A DNA stretch of 64,000 nucleotides from Camelus ferus (Eukaryota): NCBI RefSeq assembly GCF_009834535.1, contig NC_045696.1:84198001-84262000 (forward strand), written 5' to 3'. The translations under genes were made by a program, and so were the position numbers. How positions within the stretch are numbered: position 1 is the stretch's first letter; each line of letters starts with the position of its first letter. Positions 51,497 to 64,000 of the stretch are shown here, in pieces. The notes under the pieces were generated by a model. That model was not told the DNA's origin and searched no databases. It worked only from the letters and a program-made list of their open reading frames with translations.

Positions 51497-53150
51497 TGAT
51501 GTGTCTTTTACATTTTTACAAGAGGTCATTATAAAAATGTGTGAATTGATTCATGCCCTACTCTTCTTAGTGCCCTTGCTGCGTCAGCTACCATTGATCT
51601 CATTTGTTTTTAATGGCTACATAGTGTTTCTTTGTGTGGATATTTATTTTTCAGATCTTTATTAAGTTTTCAGTGTTTTGTGGCTATCTATGCTGCCATG
51701 AATATTCTTCTACATGTATTTCTGCTCACATATGTAAGAGTGTCTGTGGGATACATTCCTGCCTGTGTCATTTTAGGTCCAAGTACGTGGCAGTTTACAT
51801 TTTTGTAGACATTGGAGAAACTGTCTTTCACATAGACATCGAAAGTGTGTAACTTTCTCATACAGAGGACGAGTGCGTGTTTTGTGTGCTTTTGGTGGTA
51901 CTAAATATTACCAGACTCTCTGTGTATCAAATTTGCTTCTGTTTGCTGCTCAAAATGATGATCATCAAATAACTATGAAGCACCGTCTGAACTATTAAAG
52001 AAAATGCAAGTGTTTATTATAGTTTCAGTAGTGTTTATCTTTAGAGACTAACTCTCTGAAAAAATATTCATGACACATACGCACATCCCATCTAATCACC
52101 AGAGCATTGGTTTGTTCAAGGCATCTCAATGTTGTACACCATCCCAGGTAACCAAGTCTATTGTGTATCTTGCTGCTTTTCTCCTAACAATCCAATGGTC
52201 AGTCCCCCACCCCACCCCCTTTTGTTATTCTTTTTCCTCTTCTTCTTTTTTTTAAACCTTCACTGCTGTGGACTTAGTTTGGGCTTCTCAGTAGATCATG
52301 AATCTATCTGTGAATCAGAGTTTCTGAAATCAGCCGCCAAGCGTAAGTTTTCATTAGCTGAGGAACCTTGTTTAGATGTCTTCAAAAAGGTGCTAAAGCT
52401 TGACTGGGTTTTCAGAATAGTTAAATGCTTTTCTAAGGTCACGTAGATAGTTAAATGTCATAGCCAGAATGAGAACCTGCGCCTCACTGGTCAGAAAGAT
52501 ACGAGTCTGGTGTTCCAATCTTGGCTTTATTAGTTATTATCTCTGTGACCTTTGGCAATTTTTTCTTTCATTATTTTTTCAAATGGGAATTGGACACCCT
52601 GCTCTGTTGACTTCAAAAAATTTTGTGAGGCTCAAATAAAATTGCTTTGAAAACTATGAAACGAAACAGTTTGCCTTCTTTGCAATCTCTGTTACCTTTC
52701 ACTGTGGGAGCTAATTTGAAGTCTTAAGAAGGAATTCATCATTTCGTAGATCTGCTGAATATTTTGGGGTATTGTTTTGCTTCCTTTTTCTCTTTACATT
52801 TGCGAATGCTTTGCTTATAAGACTGCTCAACAATCTGTAAAATCTCCTATAAATCAGTAAAGCTATCTTAAGTCATTATAAATGTCTAAAAAATGAAATT
52901 CTTCATCTATATTTTGGACATTTCACTTTTATTTATTTCTTCTCAAAAGTTCCAAATACAGTAGAGCTATATTTTAGAATTACTGAGGATATTGTGACAT
53001 TATTGATATTTCATTTTCATTTTGTGGTGGTCTGTTACATGTTAACAACTGGATTTCCATTTCCTGAAACACGGAAAATATATTTATCTTCATTAAAGGG
53101 AGAAATGTATTTAGTAATTACATTTTGTCTTTTGTTTATATATATTGAAG

Positions 53151-53241
53151 GTCAAGTGGATATCATTGGAAATCTGGACAAGTGGGCAAATTGGGTAATC
53201 AGTCATACATGATGTCACAAAATAAAGGAAATTTTATTAAG
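53151..53241 (+). CDS. ZBBX: ZBBX coding exon 3
   Basis: attgaAG acceptor, aag|GTAAGA donor; 91 bp, phase 2/0. Translates (E)[30 protein letters not shown]. Confidence 0.95.
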
Positions 53242-55122
53242 GTAAGAAAATACCATTTGATTCTCAGGCAATTTGTAAGAAGATATAAATGACTTTTTCA
53301 GATCTTGCTTTCCCTTCCATACTTAAGAAACCACTATTCTTGTTTTAACAACTTTGTATTATTATTGGATTTTGATTAAATTTTATGGGTTAACATGTAA
53401 CTTTCATTATTCAGATATATTTTTGTTTTTCCTCTGTCAGTTGATTTTTTTAAATTTACCTTGAGTTGAATTTTTCTAAACTGAATTTTTCCATTCAACT
53501 CCATTCTGGTTTCGAGTATGTCAAATAGAACTATGTAGTTTTATATGAGGTGAAAACGAAGTTATTTGATATAACAAAAGACAAACATTTTTAATGCCTT
53601 ATTAATTCACATTTGTTTAATGTGTTTGTGTTCTGCTTGAATAATAATTACTCATAAACTCTTGATTACATGTGTGAAGATACCCAAGGAAAAACACTTT
53701 AAAATTTCCCAGCTATAGAATTACTTCACCTTTACTGTGTGTTGTAAAATACAACATTACATTATATTTAAGGTTAAAACCAGATGAGTGTCTTTATGTA
53801 AAGAAAACTGTTTTGCTTCTGGATTCTTTAGTATGAGATCCGTGGCTTTGTAAGTTTTAACTTACATAGCTTTTTCTTTTTTATATTCCTGTCATTAAAC
53901 TTTCATTGGGCCAGTTAGCATCTACAAACATCTTACTCAGCACTTCTAACCTTTTTTGGCTTCGGAAAGGCATTTTATTCTTTAGTGTGGTTCTCCTACT
54001 GAGATATGTTTCTTTACTTTTTGGATTAGAAGTTTTATGATCCATTTTCTAGTTTTCATTATCTTTCTGAGACAGTGTTCTATGCTTTAGATGTTGTAAA
54101 TATCATATTTTAAAAGTGCTCTTTGTGATTATTGATTTATTTGTTCAGTGGTATTTATTAAGTGCTTTCTTTGCCTTTTAGTGAATAATCCTTGTTCTCA
54201 AGGAGATCCTTACCTAATGCATATATGAACATATTTATAGGAAAAGTCACTGTAATTTTTGCCATTTAGTGTATGAATCATTTGTGCTTGGTAGATTATA
54301 ATTTAGTTCTACAAATATTTGAAAGTCTACTATATATATATTTGTAAGGAAGAAGTGATGAATAAATAAGTCATAATGCCAGTTCCCATAAACCTCATAA
54401 TTGAGTAGCAAGGTGAATGTGTGGGGGGCTGGGGGCTACAGAAGGTGGCAGTAGAAAGTAAGATTGGGCAGGAGAAGGGGAGGCCTGAATACCAGACTCA
54501 GGAGTCTTGAATTTTTCATTGGGTGAGTGGAACTCCCTGACAGCTTTGGAGCATGAGGGTAGCAAGTTCCAGGTAATGATGTGCGATGGTTGATCTTGTT
54601 AATGTCCAGTTCATTTACAGTTTATAGGTAGAGTATAGAGCAAATGCTATTCAAACTGTTTGGATCATGTACCACATCAATAAAGGATATATTTTGAGAA
54701 TGGTCTTTCTACCCATGAACTTTTTATTAGCTTATAAATATAATTTATTTGTATACATACTGATTTACTAATATATCATGTACATTGTAAAACAAAATAT
54801 GGAAATTAATCAAGGATGATATAAACATGAATAAATGTTTCATTTCTTCTCTTTGATCTTTTCCCAAGTCCCCTCAGGCATGCATACGTGCTACTTTGGA
54901 GGCCACTGGTACAGAGGCAGAGAGACTATTTAGAAGACTATTAAAAGAATCTAGAGGTCAAATGAGAAGAGTCTGAATTAGAATGTAGCAAATGGAATAT
55001 AAAGGAAATAAGGAACCAAAACACAGTGAGAAGGGAAAAGAGGAAGTTAAATATATAACTGATATTCCGGGATAGAATACATAAAAGAGCTGGGAAAAAA
55101 GTTCAGGGATATAGATTTAGAG

Positions 55123-55364
55123 CTGGCTAGTTGGCTTCCTCCTTTTCTCCCTCTGTTCCTCCCTCCCTCTCTTTCTTTCCCCAGCTTTACTGAGGTATAA
55201 TTGGCAAATAAATCTGTAAGATATTTAAAGTGTACAGCATGATGATTTGTTATCCATATACATCGTGAGTGGATTTCCACCATCAAGTTAAATAACACAT
55301 CTGTATTTACCTTTTATAAAAAAAAAATTAGAACATTTAAGTTCTCCTCTTAAGCAAATTTCAA
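55123..55364 (-). mobile_element. 5'-truncated L1 (L1MA-like) 3' end with decayed tail and TSD
   Basis: cagctttactgaggtataattggcaaataaa...atatttaaagtgtacagcatgatg, preceded by a CT-rich tract. Direct repeat AGATTTAGAG at 55113-55122 and 55365-55374. Confidence 0.8.
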
Positions 55365-55907
55365 AGATTTAGAGTTTTGTTTGAATTCACATGAGTTAGT
55401 TGAGGCTGAGTGAGTAAATGTTCTCCCTAAGATTTTATAAAAAGGAGAGAAAAAGTGTAGGGGATAAAGGGCAGGTATGACGGATAGAGCTCAGAGAATA
55501 TGGAGGCGAAGAGAACTTTAGTGCTGACTCACTCTCTGTTTTATGCCAGTCAACAGTGTGTGTGTCCTGTTTTGTCTCATTAAGTGCTTGTATCTCTCCT
55601 AAGGGGCAGTTGTTATTTTTCCAGTTCCACAGGTGAAGTAATTTAACATCCAAAAAGTTAAATAACTTGCTCATGTCAAGGGTCAGGGCCAAGATTTGGA
55701 ATGCAGGCTTTCAGGCTAGTTCTAAGATAATTTGCCGGCTCTCCATAAATGGGAGCCTGAGAAGAGAAAGAACTGGAGAAGTAGAGTGAAGGTAATGTAA
55801 TTTCATGGGAGAAAAAAGTAAAAGATAATGTTTTTAGAGAAAAAGTGGAAGACTCAACCTTGACTGACATGTTGTATAGTGGAAAAAAAATGACTATAGT
55901 TTTACAC

Positions 55908-56122
55908 CAGTGTCTCTCAACAGGGGGCAATTTTGTCCCCCAGGAGACATCTGGCAGTGTCTGGACACATTCTTAGTTATCACCACTGAGAGGGATGTTT
56001 TTGCTAATGGTGTGTGGTGGCTACAAGCCAGGGGTGCTGCTGTACATCCCACAGTGCACTGGGCAGCTCCCACAACAATTATTTGGCCTAAAATGTCAAT
56101 GGTGGTACAGTCAAGAGCCCTG
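55908..56122. mobile_element. MER20 hAT-Charlie element, near full length
   Basis: CAGTGTCTCTCAACAGGGGGCAATTTTGTCCCCCAGGAGACATCTGGCAGTGTCTGGA...ggcctaaaatgtcaat...gagccCTG. Confidence 0.9.
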
Positions 56123-56399
56123 TGCTAGTCTGTATGGATTAAAATCCTGCTTCATTTCATTAGCTTTGTGATTTTAGGCAAGTGACATAACCTTTCTTGG
56201 GCTTCTGTTACCATATTTGTAAACAGGCATACCAATATTTGCTGACTACCTCCTGGAGTTTTGAACAATGTGAGATAATCTGTGTGAAACCAATTGTAAC
56301 ATTAACAGACAATCACATTAAAATGTTTATTTACAGAGAATGAGAATTTTTAAAAACACTAAATTTGATTTGATGGTTGGGTCGTTATCAGATGTAAAA

Positions 56400-57800
56400 A
56401 TAAATTTCAAGTGGTTGAAAAAGAAAGGCAGATGGCAATGAGTAAAGACTGAAGTTTCAATGAGCATGAGAACAGAGGATGCCTCTTAAGGGTTTAAGAG
56501 GATCAAGGGAATATTTTATTGCATTGTTTTTTAGAATCAAAGGAAGATATGGGCCAGTTTGTAGCTGAGGGGTAGACTCACTAGTGGAGGAAATATGGAA
56601 GGTTCAGATGAGAGAGGTGCTGGTTGCTGGGGGTGTAGTCTTTGAGGAGGTGGCTCCTTGAGGAGAGCTTGGCCAAGGGAAGGAAGGCACATTTTCTCTG
56701 AGACAAGAAAGATGGGAGAGAAACCAGGGGGCAGTAAAGGTACAGTTTTAGAGGCTGCTTTTGACAGGCGGAGAGGCAGGAAGCTGTGGGAAACTCTTAA
56801 TGGAAGACCTCAAAATTCTTAGTGAATTTGAAGGCAAGGTCATCTGTTCAGATTAAGGAAGGGAAATAGGTGGATTTGAGTTTTTAGCAGTGAATGAGTA
56901 AGTGGTTGCTAAAGAGCCACAGAGCCCACTGGGCTTGTTCAGCGTGGGTCTGTAGGGGACGCAGTGGGTATGGTTTCATCACAATGGTAGGTGGATATGG
57001 GAGGTCCAAGAGGAAGGAGATAAGGTGATCGTGGTTAGCACTGAGAAACTCTTGAGTTGGGGCTTTTGAAGGTGTGGCCATTCAGATTACTGCTTAGGTT
57101 CAAGGTTTGGTCGTAATGGTCAGGTGGATGAAGAGGCACTTGGATGTTCACAGTAGTCAGCGTGTTGGAGAGTTTTCAGCATCAGTATGTCGTGTGAACA
57201 CAGACAGTGACATCTCCATGATCAAAACCCAGAAACATGATGGAGAGAAACACTGAGCAGACTGCTAAGGTTCATGTGGAAGAGGATCCTGGGTATTGAT
57301 AAAGGCAGTGAGTGGATGGTGAGGACCTTCAGTGGAGACCACTTTGCCGAATGATGAGAGAGGAGCAATATTCTGGAAGCAGCACCGAGGAGCAAACAGG
57401 GAGGCCGTTTCCCTTCTCTCCCGGTGAGTGAAAGGCGGTAAGAATGGAACTCGTTCCTCTGGAGAGTTCTGTTGAGAAGGTTGTCCGGGAGGAAATGTGG
57501 GTCCAGTTAATGTGAACTTTTGGAAGAGAGATCTTTAGGAAAGGTTTCAGGCGTGTGATAGTTGAATGACTGGTTAATAAGGGCTTCATAGAAGGGCAGG
57601 ACAGCCTGGACAGAAGGACTAGGAAGTAGAAAATGGCAAAGGTTAAGTAGCTGATTGGACTGAGAAGGAGACTGTTAGAAAAGGTGGCTTGTGGAGGAGT
57701 GTGGGCCCAGTACAGCACACTAGGGCATTAGTGGGAGGTTGGAGGCATCTGTGAATGCCAGGGAGGCTGATGAAGATGGTACGGTCTGACCCCAGTGGTC
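56400..57800 (-). mobile_element. Long decayed L2 body
   Basis: Purine/G-rich, low-CpG tract with L2-like phrases such as gtgaatttgaaggcaaggtcatctg. Confidence 0.5.
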
Positions 57801-59382
57801 CGGATGATTTGTCTGTGTGGTAGAACCACTAAGCTGCTCTGGCCCCTGATGGCACCTTTTGGCATCTCCTAGTGGAGGCATAAGTGGGTTAATAAGGTAT
57901 AGGCTTCAGTATATTGAATTCCTTATGTTTTATATATACATGCATATGAACATCCATATATCTGTATGTGTATATACGTAGGGATGTGTGCGTCTGTTGT
58001 GTGTATCCCTGGTCCAGACCTACTCCACCCTCATCTCTTCCCCAACAGATAAAAATCGGACTTAGTAGAAAATTATATTTGCCTAAAAATAGCAGCTAGC
58101 AGTCTTCATTGAAATATTTTTATGCATTTTGATTCATCTGAAGTAAATATGGCTATATTCATAGAACAGAAAAATCTTATTCACAATAACAAGAACAAAC
58201 TATAAAATTTCCCTAATAATGGGTTTAGTTTGCTTTGATGTCTCCAATCCTGCCCAGGTAGCCTGTAACCACATGGATCATGTTGCAATTCAGATGTATC
58301 ATTAAGGTAATAATGTTGGATAATTTGGTTATGAAAAATGAGATTAAATTATCTGTAACTTGTATAACACTGCCAGTTTAAAAATAAAAGTGTGATCCAC
58401 ATAAAAATTGATTATTTCAATCCTATTTGCCTGTCTGCTGTGTTTGGTACACAGCATCTGAACAGCTCTTTAAAGAATGTGAACAAACAAATGCCCCTTT
58501 GAAGGAAAACCACTAGACTCACTGAGAATAATTAGGCCTAAATTTCCAAAGATAACTGCAGTTGGTACAGCCATAGACATAGAGGCAGCCATTGTTCTCA
58601 TTGTCTCCTGTACAAATTGGGCAATTGAGCATGCAAATTGAAAACGAGGCATGCATTGACAGTGTGTGTGTGTGTGAATGTGCACAACGCACCATGAACG
58701 TCTGCGTACTTCAGATGTTGGTTTTAACAAGACCAAGACACCTATGTGCAATTGAGGAATCGGTTTCATTGCTTAAGATCCAAGGATTTTAAGTGATTAT
58801 TTATTTGAAGTATCTAGCCATGATTCTTACTTGCTCAATTTTTTGTCTACAACTTGGGAAAGTCAGGGATCACAATATATTTGAAGGTTATGTCTATGAT
58901 GCTTAAACATGTCGTTCTCTAAGTTGATAATGATAATGATACTAGCTTCTGCAGTTATGCAAGCAGAATAGCCCAGACAGAATTCAGCTTGGATTCAGTC
59001 TACACAAATATTAGACTTTGTATGTTTCAGAAAGATCAGCGATAGGAAAGGCTTACTAAGCCTTTATAGTATTTGAATGTTAGTGCTTTCCTAAAATCAT
59101 TTCATGATGATGTGTAATTTTTGTTTAAAAATAATTTGACGTTTTAAAAAATCTGGCTTATGTATATTTCCAAAATTTATTTTCCTTTTATGAATTTTCT
59201 CTTGATTTAATTAAACATCCTATATATGCATTATTGATGACCTCCCATTACGTTACTCTTTCAAAATGTTTGTTTTGTTCAAGATACACCAAAATGTTAT
59301 GGCTTCCTAATATTTTTGTGAGTAACTTAAACTTCATTTGAATTTGTGTACCTGACAAATAGTATCTATTTTCTTAATATAG

Positions 59383-59431
59383 TTTTCTGCCGGGAAAGTG
59401 AAATTAAAATTACTGAAGGAGCAGCTTCAAG
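59383..59431 (+). CDS. ZBBX: ZBBX coding exon 4
   Basis: taatatAG acceptor, caag|GTAAAC donor; 49 bp, phase 0/1. Translates FSAGKVKLKLLKEQLQ. Confidence 0.95.
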
Positions 59432-60352
59432 GTAAACAGTTTATCACTGTATTATTAGATGCTGCAGATATGATTTATTTTCTTTTACATTTGAATTACA
59501 TAGAAAATTAAAGTATCAGAATTGTTTATGCAATATAAATATTCTAAACTCCAAAATGGTGACTCTTTATCTTTGATATTCAAAATATATTTTATCTATA
59601 TATTTTGGGTTAGGTGCTTATTTTATGTCAAAAAGATCAGCTTAAGATATGATTATAATAATACATTTTTGAAAAGTGAGGACTTTCATAGTGTTGTCCT
59701 TAAACTTTTATATAATCTTTTATAAAACTTTTTTATAATCTTTTAACCAGGAAGATAATTTTAACACTATAAAATTGTAAGTTGAAGTTTTATTCTGGGA
59801 AATTTAAAGAATATTGAAAATTGCTTTATATTTTAATAAATTATTTGAAAATAGCAAAAAACCAAAAATAAATTTTGAATTTAGAATAATTCTAAAAGAA
59901 ATAAGATTTTTAAAATAGAAAGGAAACACATTTAATTTGAATAGTGAAGATAATTTGAAACAAGTTCTAGAAATATATGTCACATTTATTATAGAAGTTG
60001 TTCTGTGTGGGCTTCAGTTTCATCCAGAGATGGGACTGAATGCTGTAGGAATTCTATCAAAAGCATAGTTTTTAACATTCTGTAGTTTTACATGTCCAGT
60101 TCAATTGGGTTTACAGCTAAATGGATGTGGGTGGCTATGTGTGGCCCTGCAGTCAGAGCTGGCGGGAGGGAGACTGTGGGCTCCTCAGCCCACTGGGGAG
60201 ATTAGACTTGGCTGCATGGCATTCTTACTGGGCAACTAATATTTAAATACTATTTTGAAAATTTAGAAATGTGCATAATTTCATTACTTTATCAATCAGA
60301 AAACTGAACATTGTTTTTTAATGTGATTGGTTTGACTTTTTTTCCCTTTCAG

Positions 60353-60462
60353 AGCCAGTGAAACAACCATTTAATTATAAAATGGAAAATTCTTCTGAAA
60401 GTGAAAAACCCAAGATAAAAGGGAAGGTTTGCGGGCAGTGTGAGAACAAAGCTGCTCTGTTG
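60353..60462 (+). CDS. ZBBX: ZBBX coding exon 5, start of the B-box zinc finger; gene continues beyond the window
   Basis: ccctttcAG acceptor, ttg|GTACGT donor; 110 bp, phase 1/0. Translates (E)[36 protein letters not shown], with CGQC as the first CxxC. Confidence 0.96.
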
Positions 60463-60837
60463 GTACGTACACTGTGATAAGATATGGAACAGAACTTTCA
60501 TGTGGTCTCACACACCTCTCGCTGCATAGCCGGCTTCGGTACCTTGTCCTCTTCCTTCCTTCTGTTCCTAAGGGGGAGGTGTGCGTGCTGCCAGGAGAGG
60601 CCCCATAATACAGGAAACCCCATCCTCTTGTTCCTGTGTGAGGACATCACCTCACTCTTGCCCTCTCTCCCTTGGATCACGCCTGTCATCGCACAAACAC
60701 ACTGCAGTATTTCCCAGACCAAAACTACAGCAGAAGTTGTCTTTGGTCCCCACATCTCCCTCTGTACCCCTTTTGGCAACACTTCTAAAGAGCTTTCTAC
60801 ACTCGCTGTCATCGTGTTCTCTACTCCTGTTCCCTCT

Positions 60838-61280
60838 TTTTCAAATTGAAGTACTCTTTATTACTGTGAAATGGACACATCTTATGTGTATACACCCCCA
60901 TTAAGTTAATAGAGCACCTCAGAAGATTCCCTTGGGCCTTTTCCAATTAACCTCCATTACAAAGCTAACTGCTGTTCTGATTCTTAGCAGCATACCTTTA
61001 GTGGTGCTAAACCTAGTCCGGAACTTTATATAAATGCAATGATGTGGTATATTTATATATTGTATGTGCGTATGAGGCTTCTTTTGCACCACATGGAGAG
61101 TCTTCCATGTTGTTTCATTTATCAGTAGTTTACTCACTTCTATTACTGAGTAGTGTTCCATTGTATAGCTATACCAAGATTTGTTTATTCCTTGACGTGT
61201 TGAAAGATGTTTGAGTCGTTTCTGTTTTTTACTATTATGTTTAAGGCTGCTGTGGACATTTATGTGCAAGTCTCTTTTTT
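60838..61280 (-). mobile_element. L1ME-like 3' end
   Basis: ttttcaaattgaagta...ttactgagtagtgttccattgtatagctatacca...gctgctgtggacatttatgtgcaagtct. Confidence 0.75.
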
Positions 61281-61399
61281 TTTCCTCAAATGACATTTAT
61301 TCTTTTTTCTTTGAAAGTTATGAAGTAAGATTTTTAAAAAAGCCGAAAAATAATGCTCTCTGACAGCTCTCCAACTTTTCATTGCTGCTAATTTCCTGA

Positions 61400-61955
61400 A
61401 CTTTTAAAAAGTTTTGTGGTAGAATACATCGTAATTTTAACATTGCCATCATAGCCATCTCAGGAGCACAGTTCAGTGGCATTAAGTACATTCACATCGC
61501 TGTGCTGCCGCCACCACCGTCCATCCCCAGAACTCTTCCCACCCACAGGACTGAAACTCTGTACTCGTTAAACAATAACCCCCCTCTCCCTCAGCCCCTG
61601 GCCACCACCATTCTATTTCCTGTCTCTGTGAATTTGACTGTGCCAGGTCCCTCTTGTAAGTGGGACCAGACAGTATTTGTCCCCTTGTCACTGGCTTGTT
61701 TCACATAGCATGTCTTCAAGGTTCTTCCATGCTGTAGCATGTATCCGAATTTCCTTCCTTTATAAGGCCGAATGATATTTCATTGTATGTGTATTCCACA
61801 TTTTGTCTATCTGCTCATCCACTGATGGACACTTAGGTTATTTCCACCCTTTGGCTATTGTGAATGATGCTGCTGTGTACGTGGTTGTACAAATATCTGT
61901 CCAAGTTCTTACTTCAAATTGTTTTGAGTGTATATCCAGAGGTGGAATTGCTAAA
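61400..61955 (-). mobile_element. L1MB-like 3' end
   Basis: cagttcagtggcattaagtacattcacat...ccctcagcccctggccaccaccattcta...ggctattgtgaatgatgctgct...tatatccagaggtggaattgct. Confidence 0.85.
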
Positions 61956-63180
61956 TTCTTGTTCTCTCTGGAACCTTGTCCATTCAGTAGTGGATCTCCA
62001 CTACTGTCCGGCAACTGCTGCCATCAAGGTCACCAGTGACTTTCACGTTTTTAAATACAGTGGCCAGTTTACAGTTCTTACCTTAACACGTCAGTAATAT
62101 TTGGCCCAGAAGCAATCCCTCTCCTCTTCCAGGACTCTCTACCTGGCTTCCTCTGGAACACCACTCTTTCTTGGTTTCCTCCTAATTTGCTAGCTGTCCC
62201 TTCTCGGTTTTCTTTGTTGGTTTTCCGACCCCTTAATGTTGGAGTGTCTCAGGACTTAGTCCTTAGGCCTCTCCTCTGGTCTGTTTATACTTACCCTCCA
62301 GGAAGTTTTATCTACTCTCTTGGCTCTAAAGACCATGTCGACTTTGATGGTGCCCAAATTTACATCTCTAACTCATACCTCCCCACGACTCTACTCCCCC
62401 TGACTCTAACTATACCTCCCCCAGACCACTCATCCCCCCCGACTCTAACTAACCTCCCCCCGACTCAATCATACCTCCCACGACTCTAACTCATCCTCCC
62501 CCCAGACTCTAACTCATACCCCCCCCGCTACTCATACCCCCACGACTCTATCAACCTCCCCCGACTCTACCCCCCCCCCGACCTAATCATCCTCCCCCGA
62601 CTCTAACTCTCCTCTCTCCTACTCCCCCTGAGACTCTAAACTCATCACCTCCCCCCCCCCCCCGACTCTAACTCATACCTCCCCCCGACTCTAACTCATA
62701 CCTCCCCCCGACTCTAACTCATACCTCCCCCGACTCTAACTCATACCTCCCCCCGAGACTCTAAAACTCATACCTCCCCCCGACTCTAACTCTAACGACT
62801 CTACTCATACCTCCCCCTGACTCTAACTCATACCCCCCATCCTCCCCCCCCCTGACTCATACTCATACCTCCCCCGACTCTAACTATACCGCCCCCAGAC
62901 TTCTAAACTCATAACCTCCCCCCCCGACTCTAACTCATACCTCCCCCCGACTCTAACTCATACCTCCCCCCCCGACTCTAACTCATACCTCCCCCCTGAC
63001 TCTAACTCATAGCTCTCCCCCTGAACTTTCAACTCAAGCACCTAATCAACACCTCTCCTTGGATGTCTAACGAAAATCAGTAATTTAACGTGTTCAGAAT
63101 TCAGCTCTTAATATCTCCCCAACAAATTTTCTCCCTCCAAGGTCTCCTCATGTCAGTAAAGTTCAATTCAAATGTTACCT
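61956..63180 (+). mobile_element. L2 reverse-transcriptase relic hosting the minisatellite
   Basis: Translations TAAIKVTSDF...SGQFTVL and GVSQDLVLRPLLWSVYT...DGAQIYIS resemble the L2 RT motifs ETALxKVTNDL and GVPQGSVLGPLLF...YADDxQIYIS. L2-like sequence resumes after 63020. Confidence 0.75.
62366..63022. repeat. C-rich minisatellite (VNTR), unit ~22-23 bp GACTCTAACTCATACCTCCCCCC
   Basis: Roughly 28 tandem units seen directly, with variable C-run length; more regular at 62665-63010. Confidence 0.97.
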
Positions 63181-64000
63181 ATCCTGACTGCACTTTGTAA
63201 AATAGCAACAGCTGAACTGTACTCTCTATTTTTATAAGCTACATCATTCATCTACGCATCCTTTATTACCTTTCAGTGTGTGTGTATATATATGTATGTT
63301 TATTTATTTTCCACTTTCACACAATGTAAACTTCATGAGTAGGGGTTTAGTTTTGTTCGCTGTCCTGTGCCCACCACCTAGAATGATGCCTACAATTTAA
63401 TAAGTATTCAAAAATTTGTTGAATGAGTCATTTCTTTAAAATTTTTTCTGTAATTGAAAAGCATTGTTAACATTGAAGCTAACTGAAAGGAACGTATCCA
63501 CTATCTTTTGCAATTAAAATATTGCACACCCTTAGGAAGCAGTTCCCCCTCAAAGAATTGAATGATTATAAGTAATACTTATGGATTACTATCACTAATA
63601 TTTATTATAATTTCAGAGAATTTAGCTATAATCACTTCTGATTTAAGATTGTATTACTAGCTTTATTTCATGGCAGTTTTAACTGGGCTCAAAGAGTTAG
63701 AACACTAAGTCTAACAAAGCACTAATAATATTAAATGTAAAACCTTGGCTCTGATATAATGTTCTTACTATTACATCATACTATTTTTTTTCTTACTTGA
63801 TGTAATAGTGGACAATAATTTAAGGAATTTTAGCAAATTGTACCTATCCAGAAATGTTTAGAAAATATAAACAAAATACAAACAAATTCATGAAGCTGGA
63901 AGTATGATAGCTGAAAGGAACTTATTGGTAGAATTGAATTGCTGAAGACTACCATTCGTGATCTGAAAAAGTATTTGCATAAGAGCTCATAGTTAGTATT

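Noticed and set aside
62366..63022. CRISPR-like or telomeric array
   Set aside because: The units are contiguous with no unique spacers, there are no cas genes, and the context is eukaryotic. TTAGAG on the minus strand occurs once per unit and is not a TTAGGG array.

Overview
Mammalian genomic DNA, very likely a camelid, judged from a tRNA-Ala-derived Vic-1-type SINE at ~44.6 kb. The + strand carries the last three coding exons of SERPINI2 (pancpin), which encode the reactive-centre loop and C-terminus (stop at 6423-6425). About 33 kb of repeat-rich intergenic DNA follows, then a CpG-island promoter at ~40 kb with tandem RFX X-boxes and the first five coding exons of ZBBX, which continues past the window. 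The spliced reading frames of both genes are open with canonical GT-AG boundaries. The rest is mostly decayed L1, L2, MIR, MaLR LTR and hAT elements. I see no novel multi-gene system, and the ORF-track entries are mostly artefacts. The points most worth checking are an atypical SERPINI2 hinge (P14 Gly), a competing upstream 3' splice site on its last exon, a ~100 bp TSD-flanked insert of unknown origin inside an L1, and a ~650 bp minisatellite that arose from an L2 relic in a ZBBX intron. Repeat family names come from recalled consensus sequences, and repeat boundaries are approximate unless TSDs or TIRs are quoted.
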